Of a stretch of DNA of 30,923 bases, positions 8,922-18,341 are shown piece by piece. Source of the stretch: Myxococcales bacterium (GTDB taxonomy: Bacteria > Myxococcota_A > UBA9042 > JABWCM01 > BTVJ01); contig BTVJ01000090.1 in assembly GCA_045863395.1 (NCBI GenBank), positions 1 through 30,923 on the forward strand. The letters are read 5' to 3'. A program made the translations under genes and the position numbers. How positions within the stretch are numbered: the first letter of the stretch is position 1; each line of letters opens with the position of its first letter. The notes beneath the pieces are model-generated. The model was not told the DNA's origin and searched no databases. It was given only the letters and a program-made list of their open reading frames with translations.

Positions 8922-9827
8922 TCACGCCCGAGGGTGGTGGGCGTCGTAGGTACGCTGGAGCTCCGATCGGTCCACGTGGGTGTAGATCTGGGTGGTCGCG
9001 ATGTCCACGTGTCCCAGCATCGCCTGGACGGCGCGGAGATCGGCCCCGCCGGCCAGGAGGTGGGTCGCGAAGGAGTGGCGCAGCTTGTGGGGTGAGATCG
9101 TCGCTCTGATGCCCGCGAGGGCCGCGTGGCGCTTCAGCAGCTTCCAGAACCCCTGGCGGGTCATCGGGCGCCCGAGGTGCGTGAGGAACAGCTCCGGCGG
9201 CTGGCGGGCGGCGCTCGCGGTCAGGCCGGGGCGCGCGTCCCGCAGGTAGCGCTCCACCCAGATGCGCGCGTCCTCTCCGAACGGGATGAGGCGCTGCTTG
9301 CGCCCCTTGCCGCTGGCCAGGACGACCCCCCGGTCGAGCTGGACGTCGGTCACCCGCACCTTGATCAGCTCGGAGACCCGCATGCCCGTCGCGTAGAGCA
9401 GGCTCAACATGGCCCGGTCTCGCAGGCCGCGGGGGTCGTCGACCACGGGCGCGGCGAGCAGGCGGTCGACCTCCTCCAGGCTCAGGACGTCCGGCAGGGC
9501 CGTGGGCGGGCGGCCCGTCGCGATGAGCGCCGTCGGGTCGTCCTCGATCTCGCCCCGGCCCTTCAGGTGACGGAAGAGCGCACGGATCGCGCTCGTCGCC
9601 CTCGCCACGGACCGGGGGTGGAGACCCGCGCCGCGGAGGTCCGCCAGGTGGGCGAGCAGGTCGGTCTCCGACACGGCCCCGGGATCGGGCGGCTCGGTGG
9701 CCCCCGCCCGCGCCGTCAGGAAGGCGCAGAGGCGCCGGAGGTCGCGCTCATAGGCGAGCACGGTGTTGACCGACAGGTTGCGCTCCACCTTGAGGTGCCA
9801 GAGGAAGCGATCGAGGGCGTCGTCCAT
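8922..9827 (-). CDS. xerD: Tyrosine recombinase XerD
   Basis: RDRAMLSLLYATGMRVSEL, GKGRKQRLIP, MTRQGFWK, SPHKLRHSFATHLL and LGHVDIATTQIYTHV. Confidence 0.93.
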   Translation of the reverse strand: MDDALDRFLWHLKVERNLSVNTVLAYERDLRRLCAFLTARAGATEPPDPGAVSETDLLAHLADLRGAGLHPRSVARATSAIRALFRHLKGRGEIEDDPTALIATGRPPTALPDVLSLEEVDRLLAAPVVDDPRGLRDRAMLSLLYATGMRVSELIKVRVTDVQLDRGVVLASGKGRKQRLIPFGEDARIWVERYLRDARPGLTASAARQPPELFLTHLGRPMTRQGFWKLLKRHAALAGIRATISPHKLRHSFATHLLAGGADLRAVQAMLGHVDIATTQIYTHVDRSELQRTYDAHHPRA

Positions 9828-9833
9828 GCTCCG

Positions 9834-9862
9834 GTGATACCACGGGGGTGGTGTGCGGGCAA
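9834..9862 (-). promoter_or_regulatory. sigma70 promoter giving a probable leaderless xerD mRNA
   Basis: TTGCCC-17-TATCAC with a TG extended -10, 6 nt before the ATG. Confidence 0.5.
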
Positions 9863-9869
9863 AAACGCG

Positions 9870-12497
9870 CTACAGACAGGCCAGCAGCGCAGCCCGGATC
9901 CGTTCTTGGGCGTCGGGCTGGGTCACCTTCTCCCCCGTGTGGTAGCACACGTAAAAGGCGTCCCGGGCGAGGGGGCCCTGGGTGTCGATGATCGCCAGCG
10001 AGATGCCCAGGCCGAGACGCGACAGCTCGCGGGCCACCCGGAACAGGAGGCCGCGGAAGTCGAGGGCGCTCACGTCGATGACCGTGAAGCTGCCGCTGAT
10101 CGCATTGTCGAACGCGACCTCCGGGCGGGCGGTGGGGATGGAGCGACGCCGCCGGAGCTCGCGGGCGACCTCGGCCTCCACCCGCTCGGTCAGTGTGCGG
10201 CTCGGAGCCACGGTCTCCCGCTCCAGGTCGGCGCGGATCACGCCCCACCGGCGACCGTCCTCGGCGAGGCGATCATGGGGGTCCCGCAGGCGCAGCACGT
10301 CCAGGGCGAGGCCGTCGCTCCGCGACGCGATGGCGGCGGTGCGTATGTCCACCCCGTGCAGGGCGAGCACTCCCGCGACCCGTGCCAGGAGCCCCGGCGT
10401 GTCCCGACAGACCAGGGTCGCCTCTACCTCCTCCCGCTCCGGGTCGGGGCGCAGCTCCAGGACGACCTCCTCACGACGCTGGCGGGCAACCAGCTCCATG
10501 TGCCACGCGATTGTCTCAGGGGGAGTGGTCTCGAAGTAGCGGGTGGGCAGCCCCCCGAAGAAGTGCTCCACCTCGACGGTGCGCCGGTCAGGGTGGTCGG
10601 GCACCGCGCCGTACTGCAGCGCGAGCACCTGCTGGCGCGCGGTCTCGACCCGCTCCTCGTGGTCCTCGAACAGATCCAGCCCACCGGCCAGGACTGCGGC
10701 TGCTCGCCCATGGAGCTGCTCGAGGAGGGTCACCTTCCACTGCGTCAGCAGGGTCGGGTTGACGGAGCTCATGTCCGCGAAGGTCACCAGGACCAGGTGG
10801 TCGAGGCGGTCGGGCGTGGCGACCTGGCGTGCGAAGTCGCGGATCATCTCCGCGTCGGAGAGATCGCGGTGCTGGCTGAGGAGCGCCATGTCCAGGTGGT
10901 GGCGCACCAGGAACGACAGATCGTTGATCTCTCCGTCCGACAGCCCGAGCCTCGCGCCGATGTGAGGGATGGCCGCCACCGCCCGCTCGCAGTGGTCGCC
11001 CCCCATGCCCTTGCCGATGTCGTGGAGCAGGACCGCCACGGGCACGATGCGTGCGCCTGCGTGGCGCCGCGCAAGGTCCGCGAGCCACGGGTGCTCGGCG
11101 CCGAGGGGCCCCGCGCGCAGCCGCTCGAGCTGGCGCACGGCCACCAGTGTGTGGACGTCCACCGTATAGACATGGAACGGGTTGCGCTGGAACAGAGCCG
11201 TTACCCGGCGGAGCTCCGGCACGAGGGCGCCGAGCACCCCGAGCTCGTGCATCAGGAACAGGGTCTGGGCGTCGTCACCTGCCTGCAGCGCGAAGAAGAG
11301 GGCGTCTCGGCCTTCCGTCGTGTCGCTGAACTGCTCGGCCCAGCTCGACGCCGACAGGAGGTGCTCCTGCGTCTCGGGGTGAAGCCGCAGGCCGGCCTCG
11401 TGCGCACGGCGAAACGCGCGAAGGATCTCGATGGGCTCCCGCGTGAGCAGCCCGTGGTCGTCCAGCACCAGGTGCCCGTCGGTGCGCACCCACCCCGGCG
11501 CAACGACACCGCGGGTCTCGTGCGCGCCCGCACCCTCGCCGGCGCGCCGCCGCTCCAGGAGCCGCAGCATCGCGGCGCTGACCGCGTGTGCGTGCCGGTA
11601 GAACGTGGAGAGCAGCCCCGGCACGTCCGGCTCCCCGGAAGCGTCCAGGTAGCCCAGCGCCGCAGCGACCCGATCCTGGTGCTCGTAGGCGAGGCGATCC
11701 GTCTTCCAGCCCGACTCCAGGTGGAGCGCGGTGCGCGCCAGCAGCAGGAAGTCCGTGGCGTCCTCGATCTCTCGGGCAGTCCGCGTGGGGAGCTGCCCCC
11801 GGGCGGCGAGCGCGAGCGGCTCCCCGTCGCCGAGCAGCGCGCGCATCACCCATCGCGCGGTGTGCACGTCCCGCAGGCCGCCGACGCCGAGCTTCACGTT
11901 GGGCTCGAGGACATAGACCGACCCGCCGTAGCGGTCATGGCGCACCCGCGTCAGCTCCTCCAGGCCGGCAAGCAGCTCCTCTCGCCGGCTGGCCACCGAC
12001 GCATCGGTCCGGCGCAGCAGCGCCTCCGCGAGCCGTGCGTCGCCCGCGACCAGGCGGCCGTCCCAGTGGGTCGTCGCGGTGGTCGGGTCCTCCTCGGCGA
12101 GCGCGAGGCACTCGCTCAGGGTGCGGGTGCCGTGGCCGACCTTGAGCTCCAGGTCCCACAGACCGTGGAGCACCGCGCCAATGATCGTGTGGGTCCGCTC
12201 GTGCTCGGCTTGCGCGCAGAGGAACAGAAGGTCCACGTCGGACTGGGGGCACATCTCGCGGCGACCGGTGCCGCCCACGGCCAAGATGGCCAGGCCGGGC
12301 GGAGGGCCTCCCGCAGCGTGGAGGAGCAGCCGGATGGAGTCATCCACGGCCCCCGTCAGCAGCCGCGCCGCGTCGCGTCCCCGCAGCGAACGTCTCGCCA
12401 GGGCGTCGCGCACGTTCGCCAATGCCTGGTGGAGCAGCGCACGGCAGGCGCTCACCGCTCGCTCATCGACGCGCAGCGCAGCGTGGGAGGAGTCCAT
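9870..12497 (-). CDS. glnD: [Protein-PII] uridylyltransferase / uridylyl-removing enzyme
   Basis: Nucleotidyltransferase domain AVGGTGRREMCPQSDVDLLFL, EPNVKLGVGGLRD, HD domain HVYTVDVHT...LLHDIGKG, and two C-terminal ACT domains (DTPGLLARV, DFRGLLFRV). Confidence 0.95.
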   Translation of the reverse strand: MDSSHAALRVDERAVSACRALLHQALANVRDALARRSLRGRDAARLLTGAVDDSIRLLLHAAGGPPPGLAILAVGGTGRREMCPQSDVDLLFLCAQAEHERTHTIIGAVLHGLWDLELKVGHGTRTLSECLALAEEDPTTATTHWDGRLVAGDARLAEALLRRTDASVASRREELLAGLEELTRVRHDRYGGSVYVLEPNVKLGVGGLRDVHTARWVMRALLGDGEPLALAARGQLPTRTAREIEDATDFLLLARTALHLESGWKTDRLAYEHQDRVAAALGYLDASGEPDVPGLLSTFYRHAHAVSAAMLRLLERRRAGEGAGAHETRGVVAPGWVRTDGHLVLDDHGLLTREPIEILRAFRRAHEAGLRLHPETQEHLLSASSWAEQFSDTTEGRDALFFALQAGDDAQTLFLMHELGVLGALVPELRRVTALFQRNPFHVYTVDVHTLVAVRQLERLRAGPLGAEHPWLADLARRHAGARIVPVAVLLHDIGKGMGGDHCERAVAAIPHIGARLGLSDGEINDLSFLVRHHLDMALLSQHRDLSDAEMIRDFARQVATPDRLDHLVLVTFADMSSVNPTLLTQWKVTLLEQLHGRAAAVLAGGLDLFEDHEERVETARQQVLALQYGAVPDHPDRRTVEVEHFFGGLPTRYFETTPPETIAWHMELVARQRREEVVLELRPDPEREEVEATLVCRDTPGLLARVAGVLALHGVDIRTAAIASRSDGLALDVLRLRDPHDRLAEDGRRWGVIRADLERETVAPSRTLTERVEAEVARELRRRRSIPTARPEVAFDNAISGSFTVIDVSALDFRGLLFRVARELSRLGLGISLAIIDTQGPLARDAFYVCYHTGEKVTQPDAQERIRAALLACL

Positions 12498-12504
12498 GGG
12501 CGGC

Positions 12505-12533
12505 ATCGTAGTGTCCGTTGGGGCGAGAGGCAA
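12505..12533 (-). promoter_or_regulatory. sigma70 promoter giving a probable leaderless glnD mRNA
   Basis: TTGCCT-17-TACGAT, 7 nt before the ATG at 12497; no SD. Confidence 0.55.
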
Positions 12534-12551
12534 TCGTGTGAGGTAGGGAGG

Positions 12552-12705
12552 GCGCCGCGGCCGGGGAGCCCGGCCGCAGGCGCTCGTGCAGGGGTGTGTG
12601 AGGACGGACAGCCGGCGTCGGTTCAGGGGGCCGGCGCCGGCCGGTGGGAGTTCGCTGAGAGGTTTTCAGAGGAGGCTGGTTCCTACGCCAGCCGTCTCTG
12701 CAAAC
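12552..12705. other. Three tandem GC-rich hairpins in an intergenic region
   Basis: Stems at 12552-12583, 12611-12641 and 12662-12705. Confidence 0.55.
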
Positions 12706-12761
12706 ACGACGTCCCGGGCCCCTATTCCGAACGGCGCGCCGTGGGGCGACCTCGTAGTGGG

Positions 12762-14054
12762 TCAGCTCCCCTTGCAGATGCCCGCCGTGCAGACGTCGTC
12801 CGTGGTGTCGCCGTCGCCGTCGTCGCAGGGGGTCCCGTCGGTCACGGGCTGCTGGGCGCAGGCGCCCGTGGCCGGCATGCACGCCGCCTTGGTGCACTGC
12901 GTGTCGTCGGCGCCGGAGCAGGTGACCACGGTCTTCGGGTCGATGAAGCACTGGCACCCCTTGCAGGCGAGGGTGCCGTTGCACAGGTTGTCGTCGTCCA
13001 GGGCGGCGCAGTCCGCGTCCGCCTCGCAGAGGCAGGACTCGTCCTCGCCGGCGCAGACGCCGGCGGTGCATACGTCGCCGCTGGTGGACGCGATGCCGTC
13101 GTCGCAGGGGGTGCCGTCCGGGGCCGACGTGGCCTCGCAGGCGGCCGTCGCGGGGTTGCACGCGGTTGTCACGCACTCGGTGTCGCCGCTCGTGTCGCAG
13201 GTGACGGCCTGGGTCGTGTCCACCTGGCACTGGGTCCCGCAGCCCTCGGGGCCGGGAGCGCAGACGATGGGGCCGAGGCATGGGTCGACCAGGGCTGACT
13301 CACAGTCGTCGTCGGTGGAGCAGGCGCAGAGACAGGCCTGGCCTGTGCACTGGCCATCGGCGCAGGCGTCGGGCCCGGTGCATGGGTCGCCGTCGTCGCA
13401 GGGCGCCTCGTTGGGCGTGTGGGCGCAGCCTGTCTCCGCCTCGCAGGTGTCGTCGGTGCACGGGCTCCCGTCGTCGCAGCCGCCTCCCGTCGTGCACACG
13501 CCCGTCGTGCAGGCGTCGCCCGTCGTGCACGGGTCGCCGTCCTCGCAGGGCACGCCGTCCGAGAGCTGCCAGTCGCCCTGGCTCATGGCCGGGACGCACT
13601 GGCGGCACGGCTCGGCGGGGTCGGCGCCCGCCGCGAAGCACGCGCCGCCGATGAAACACTTGCCCGCCGCCACGGTGTAGGCGCAGCTCCCGAGCCCGTC
13701 GCAGGTGTCCACGGTGCAGGGGATGCCGTCGTCGCAGGTGTAGCTGGTGCCTTTGCACGCTCCGTCCTTGCACGAGTCGCCATGGGTGCACGGGTCCAGG
13801 TCGTCGCAGGGGGCCCCCTGCTCGCAGCCCACGGCCACGTCCGGGGTGACGTCCGTCGTCGCGGCGTCGGGCTCCTGCGTGTCCGTCGTGGCGTCGAGCG
13901 AGGGCGGCTCCACGCACGTGCGTGTGCTGAGCGAGCACCAGGTCCCCACCGGGCAGTCGAGTGAGCTGTCGCAGCTCTGGCCGGCGCCCCGGGTCGTCTC
14001 CTGGCAGCCTGCCGCCAGGCCAACCAGCGCCACGATGAACCAACCTGTACGCAT
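12762..14054 (-). CDS. Cys-rich repeat lipoprotein (CDDGxxCT / Dictyostelium-type repeats)
   Basis: Signal peptide with lipobox LVGLAAG-C; several PCDDGDPCTxxDxCxxGxC-type repeats; GGAGG SD before the ATG at 14054. Confidence 0.85.
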   Translation of the reverse strand: MRTGWFIVALVGLAAGCQETTRGAGQSCDSSLDCPVGTWCSLSTRTCVEPPSLDATTDTQEPDAATTDVTPDVAVGCEQGAPCDDLDPCTHGDSCKDGACKGTSYTCDDGIPCTVDTCDGLGSCAYTVAAGKCFIGGACFAAGADPAEPCRQCVPAMSQGDWQLSDGVPCEDGDPCTTGDACTTGVCTTGGGCDDGSPCTDDTCEAETGCAHTPNEAPCDDGDPCTGPDACADGQCTGQACLCACSTDDDCESALVDPCLGPIVCAPGPEGCGTQCQVDTTQAVTCDTSGDTECVTTACNPATAACEATSAPDGTPCDDGIASTSGDVCTAGVCAGEDESCLCEADADCAALDDDNLCNGTLACKGCQCFIDPKTVVTCSGADDTQCTKAACMPATGACAQQPVTDGTPCDDGDGDTTDDVCTAGICKGS

Positions 14055-14205
14055 GAGCGCCTCCGTCCGCGTGCACTCCCCGGCCGGGGCGCGATGATAC
14101 CGGCAAGACCAGTGCGGAGGCAACGCGGCTCACATTGATCACCTCACCGGCCTCGTGCTACCGTCGCCGAGCCAATGACACGGGACCGCCGGAGGCCGCT
14201 GCCAC

Positions 14206-15771
14206 ATGCTCCTTCGACCCTTGCTCGGCCTGCTGCTCGCCGTCCTCGTCGTCCATCAGCACGCAAGGGCTGCAGAGGGCCCGCTGACGACCATCACCAT
14301 CCACCCGACGGGTCGCGGGGACGACGAGCCCGTGTTCATGCTGCCCGGCCAGCTCCGGATGCGGTACATCCACCTGGAGGACTTCGCCCTCGACGACCTG
14401 GGGACGTCTCACGGGCAGGAGGACTACGGCACCATGCGGGTGCGCCTCTCGCCTCGGTTCAACCTGGGCAAGGGGTGGCGCATCGTGCTGGAGGGCGACT
14501 TCCTGGACGGGATCATCGCCGGCGACACGACGCAGGTGGGCAATGGCTTCCTGGGGCGAGGCGACGGGGGCTTTCGGCAGGACTGGCTCAACCGACACTC
14601 GGCGATCCGCGTCGACGGGGCGGAGCTGCGCAAGGCCTACGTGGAGTGGCGCAGCGACATCGGGCTCTTCCGCCTCGGGCAGATGTCGTCGAGCTGGGGG
14701 ATGGGCCTGCTGGCCAACGGTGGAGACGAGCCTGGGAGCGTCTTCTCCGACATGCGGGGCGGTGACCTGGTCGAGCGCTTCCTGTACGCGACCCAGCCCC
14801 TCCGCCTCTTCATGGACGACGATCTGGGCAAGGCCCTGGTGGTCGGCCTCGCCGGAGACCTCGTCTACCGCGACGAGAATGCGAGCCTCATCGACGGCGA
14901 TCTGGCGTGGCAGGGCGTGCTGAGCGTCTCCTGGCGCCCCGGCGGCTGGGATCTGGGCGTCTACGTCGCCTGGCGCAGCCAGACGGACCGAGACGGCGAC
15001 TCCCTGGAGGCGGTCGCCATCGACGTGGCGGGGGGCATCGACCAGAAGCTGGGCGACTTGAATCTGCGCGCCCAGGCAGAGGCCGTGTGGGTCACGGGCA
15101 CCACGGACAGGGCGCGCTTCGACGGCGCCCCAGAGACGCTCGACATCGCCTCCTTCGGGGCCGCGGCCCTCGTCGGCCTGGGCTACCCCGACGCGGGCCT
15201 CGACGCCAGCTTCGAGTTCGGCTACGCGTCGGGGGACAACCACCGCACCGACGGGACGCTGCGGGCCTTCACCTTCGACGCCAACCACCAGGTGGGCATG
15301 GTGCTCTTCGAGGACGTCCTGGGCCGTGGCTCTGTTCGGGCCTTGGACCGTGCGTCGGACCCGGGCCTGTCCGGGGAGCCGCCCAAGGGCTACGAGGCGA
15401 TCCCGACGGGCGGCGGCATCACCAACGTCTGGTACATCAATCCAGTGATCCGCTACCGCCCCATCTCGATCATCGGCCTGGAGGCGGGCCTGGTCTGGGC
15501 GACGACGGACGCCGAGCTCTCCGACGCCTACGCCACGGCGGCCAACGGCGGGTTCAACGCCAACTCCTACGGGCGCCCGGGGGCGAGCGGCAGCCTCGGT
15601 GTGGAGCTGGATACCGGGGTCGCCTTGGAGATGGCCGTCTCGGACGTCATCGGCTTTCGGGTCGGGGCACAGTGCGGCGTGCTCTTCCCCGGCGAGGCGC
15701 TGCAGGACGCGAACGGGTCGGATCTCGGGGAGATCGTCAAGGTCCGTGTGCTCGCAGACCTGGTCTGGTAG
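14206..15771 (+). CDS. Outer-membrane beta-barrel protein (alginate-export / myxobacterial TIGR04551-like)
   Basis: Sec signal peptide ending HARA; amphipathic beta-strands; RKAYVEW...GLFRLGQMSSSWGMGLLANGG and FGYASGD motifs; C-terminal Trp; GGAGG SD. Confidence 0.75.
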   Translation: MLLRPLLGLLLAVLVVHQHARAAEGPLTTITIHPTGRGDDEPVFMLPGQLRMRYIHLEDFALDDLGTSHGQEDYGTMRVRLSPRFNLGKGWRIVLEGDFLDGIIAGDTTQVGNGFLGRGDGGFRQDWLNRHSAIRVDGAELRKAYVEWRSDIGLFRLGQMSSSWGMGLLANGGDEPGSVFSDMRGGDLVERFLYATQPLRLFMDDDLGKALVVGLAGDLVYRDENASLIDGDLAWQGVLSVSWRPGGWDLGVYVAWRSQTDRDGDSLEAVAIDVAGGIDQKLGDLNLRAQAEAVWVTGTTDRARFDGAPETLDIASFGAAALVGLGYPDAGLDASFEFGYASGDNHRTDGTLRAFTFDANHQVGMVLFEDVLGRGSVRALDRASDPGLSGEPPKGYEAIPTGGGITNVWYINPVIRYRPISIIGLEAGLVWATTDAELSDAYATAANGGFNANSYGRPGASGSLGVELDTGVALEMAVSDVIGFRVGAQCGVLFPGEALQDANGSDLGEIVKVRVLADLVW

Positions 15772-15780
15772 GAGGACCGC

Positions 15781-17010
15781 GTGGCCAACCTGCTGTCCGT
15801 TGACGAGGCCCTTGCCCGCATCCTCGGCGCGGCCAATCCGCTGGAGCCCGAGGACGTGGACCTTGCGGCGGCGCTGGGGCGGGTCGTGGTCTCGCCCGTT
15901 CGCGCCGACGTGGACGATCCGCCCTTCGATCGTTCCGCCATGGACGGCCTGGCGGTGCGTGCCGCCGACGTGGCGGAGCCGGTGACCTTGCGCCTCATCG
16001 GGGTCATCGCGGCGGGAGATCCGCCGCCCGAGCGGCCCGTCATGGCAGGGGAGGCCTACCGCATCATGACCGGCGCGCCCCTGCCCCCTGGTGCGGACGC
16101 CGTGGTCATCGTGGAGCACACGGAAGACGCGGGCGGGGGCGCAGTCCTCGTGCTGGAGGGTGCGCCGCGAGGCGCCAACATCCGGGTGCGGGGCGAGGTG
16201 GCGAAGCGCGGCGACGAGGTGGTGTCGCTGGGCCGCCTGGTGACGCCGGAGGTCATGGGGGTCCTTGCGTCCTTCGGGGTGGGGCGCGTGGCGGTCGTGC
16301 GGCGCCCTCGCGTCGTGGTCATGGCGACGGGCAACGAGCTGGTGCCGGTGGAGGCCGTCCCGGGGCCGGGGCAGATCCGCGACAGCAACCGGTGGACCAT
16401 TGCGGCGCTGGCCGAGCTGGCGGGCGCGGTCGTGGACGTCGCCCCCACGGTCCGCGATGATCGGGCGTCGGTCCTCGCGGCCATCCGCGCGGGGCTCCAG
16501 CACGACGTGCTGGTGCTGTCGGGTGGCGTCTCGATGGGCACGTTCGACATCGTGGGAGAGTGCCTGAGGGCGTTGGGGGCCGAGGTTCTGCTCCACAAGG
16601 TCGCCATCCAGCCCGGCAAGCCCCTGCTGGTGGCGCGCTGCGGGCGCACGCTGATCTTCGGCCTGCCCGGCAACCCCGTCAGCGTTCTGGTGACGGGGCG
16701 CGTGTTCCTGATGCCTGCGTTGCGCCGGATGGCGGGTCGGCAGCGCCCCAGCGACCCGCTGATCCCCGCCCGCCTCGCGGGGACCCTGCCGGTGGCTGCG
16801 GGTCGCACCATCTACCACCCTGCGGTGATCCTGTTCACCGATGGTGCGCCGATGGTCACGCCGCTCCAGACCCTGGGCTCCGCCGACCAGGTCGGACACG
16901 CGCGGCGGAACTGCTTCATCGTGCGCCAGCAGGGAGCGGGCCCCCACTCCTACGGCGAGAGCGTCCCGTGCATGATCGATCCGCTGGGGCTCCTGGACTG
17001 GGGCGACTGA
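15781..17010 (+). CDS. moeA: Molybdopterin molybdotransferase MoeA
   Basis: PPFDRSAMDGLAV, RIMTGAPLPPGADAVV, TGNEL, QIRDSN, SGGVSMG, QPGKP and GLPGNPVS. Confidence 0.95.
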   Translation: MANLLSVDEALARILGAANPLEPEDVDLAAALGRVVVSPVRADVDDPPFDRSAMDGLAVRAADVAEPVTLRLIGVIAAGDPPPERPVMAGEAYRIMTGAPLPPGADAVVIVEHTEDAGGGAVLVLEGAPRGANIRVRGEVAKRGDEVVSLGRLVTPEVMGVLASFGVGRVAVVRRPRVVVMATGNELVPVEAVPGPGQIRDSNRWTIAALAELAGAVVDVAPTVRDDRASVLAAIRAGLQHDVLVLSGGVSMGTFDIVGECLRALGAEVLLHKVAIQPGKPLLVARCGRTLIFGLPGNPVSVLVTGRVFLMPALRRMAGRQRPSDPLIPARLAGTLPVAAGRTIYHPAVILFTDGAPMVTPLQTLGSADQVGHARRNCFIVRQQGAGPHSYGESVPCMIDPLGLLDWGD

Positions 17011-17079
17011 CGCGCCGGGCTCCCGGGCCGCGCAGGGCCGCATTTCCGGGGGCCTGGGTTGGTCCCATGGGGTTCTTGA

Positions 17080-17109
17080 TTGAACCTCCGGGGCTCCATG
17101 CCTTACAAT
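17080..17109 (+). promoter_or_regulatory. sigma70 promoter for the spike module
   Basis: TTGAAC-18-TACAAT about 80 nt upstream of a GAGGAG SD and the ATG at 17188. Confidence 0.5.
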
Positions 17110-17187
17110 CAGCCCGGCCATCCTTTTTCAGAAGCCCGAGGAGCTGGGAGTCCCCGCCGCGAAACCCAATCCCGTGAGGAGACCGTC

Positions 17188-17991
17188 ATGGTAATGGACC
17201 TGCTCGAGAGCACCCGCATCAACCGGATCATGGGAGTGGTTCCGGGCGTCGTCGTGGACAACAAGGACCCGGAGGGGCGCTACCGCGTCAAGGTCAAGTT
17301 CCCCCAGTTCCTGGAGTCGACCTCCAAGTACACCGATGAGCCGGACAAGGAGGACTTCATCAGCGCCTGGGCGCGCATCGCGACCTTCATGGCGGGCCCG
17401 GACCGGGGCGCGTTCTTCCTGCCGGAGGTGGACGACGAGGTGCTCTGCATGTTCGAGCACGGGGACGTCCGGTACCCCTACATCCTCGGGATGCTCTGGA
17501 ACGGCCAGGATCTCACCATCCACGACAACAACTCGCAGGACGGCAAGAACAACTTCCGCAGCATCAAGAGCCGGTCCGGGCACATCGTCACCTTCTTGGA
17601 CGACCACGAGAACAAGAAGGAGAAGATCATCATCCAGACCAAGACCCAGAAGGATGAGGAGGAGAAGGACCCCAACCAGCGCAACGGTCACTGGATCTGC
17701 CTGGATCACACCGACGGCAAGGAGAAGATCGAGATCTACGACCGGAAGCAGGAGAACTACATCCTCATCGACAGCACGAACAACAAGATCGTCATCGAGA
17801 CCAAGACCGGCGACATGGAGATCAAGGCGAAGAACAAGATCCTCATCGAGTGCCAGGACCTGGAGGTCCACACCCGCGCCACCACCAAGATGAAGGCGGA
17901 CTCCAGCACCGAGATCGCCGCGACGAGCGGTATGAAGCTGGATGGTGGTCCCAACATCAAGGCCAAGGGCGGCACCATCGAGCTCAACTAG
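17188..17991 (+). CDS. Contractile-injection spike protein, gp5/gpV-like (OB fold plus beta-helix, no gp27 part)
   Basis: GVVVDNKDPEGRYRVKVKFP...WARIATFMAGPDRGAFFLPEVDDEVL...GD...PYILGMLWNG, then IKSRSGHIVTFLD and a beta-repeat C-terminus ending IELN. Confidence 0.88.
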   Translation: MVMDLLESTRINRIMGVVPGVVVDNKDPEGRYRVKVKFPQFLESTSKYTDEPDKEDFISAWARIATFMAGPDRGAFFLPEVDDEVLCMFEHGDVRYPYILGMLWNGQDLTIHDNNSQDGKNNFRSIKSRSGHIVTFLDDHENKKEKIIIQTKTQKDEEEKDPNQRNGHWICLDHTDGKEKIEIYDRKQENYILIDSTNNKIVIETKTGDMEIKAKNKILIECQDLEVHTRATTKMKADSSTEIAATSGMKLDGGPNIKAKGGTIELN

Positions 17992-18003
17992 AGGAGGCCG
18001 CTC

Positions 18004-18324
18004 ATGCCAGGGCAAGGGAGGCTCAAGGACATCGGGAAGTGCCCGGCGGACGGCCACGGCTGCCCGGGGTGCCCCCACGGGGTGCAGGGTCCGGCCACGG
18101 GCGGGTCGCCCGATGTGATGGTCAACGGCCAGCCGGCGCTGAGGGTCGGCGACCCCGGGGTCCACGGCGGGTGCTGTGGGCCCAACACCTGGGTCGCCGC
18201 CAAGGGGTCGGGGACGGTCTTCATCAATGGCATCTCCGCGCACCGCAAAGACGACATGCAGACCCACTGCGGGGGCATCGGGCAGCTCGCAACCGCCTCG
18301 ACCGACGTGATCGTCGGCGGCTGA
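18004..18324 (+). CDS. PAAR-domain spike tip protein
   Basis: GSPDVMVNGQPALRVGD and GSGTVFINGISAHRKDD repeats with His/Cys zinc ligands; ends DVIVGG; GAGGAGG SD. Confidence 0.9.
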   Translation: MPGQGRLKDIGKCPADGHGCPGCPHGVQGPATGGSPDVMVNGQPALRVGDPGVHGGCCGPNTWVAAKGSGTVFINGISAHRKDDMQTHCGGIGQLATASTDVIVGG

Positions 18325-18341
18325 GGGGCACGACCACCGCC

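Noticed and set aside
8922..9827. Tyrosine recombinase as the integrase of a mobile element
   Set aside because: It has XerD-specific motifs and housekeeping neighbours; no att sites or cargo boundaries were seen.
12640..12705. Glycine riboswitch or 6S RNA on the minus strand (GAGA...AAACCTCTCAG)
   Set aside because: The GCCGAAG core is missing, the long 6S terminal pairing could not be formed, and glnD appears to have its own downstream promoter.
17188..18324. Prophage remnant
   Set aside because: No other phage genes are present, the ORFs are intact with host-like codon usage and strong SD sites, and the DUF2169 linkage points to an injection system.
17850..18341. N-terminal extension of the DUF2169 ORF as given in the track (891 aa)
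   Set aside because: It overlaps the spike and PAAR genes in another frame; DUF2169-like sequence begins at the ATG at 18342.
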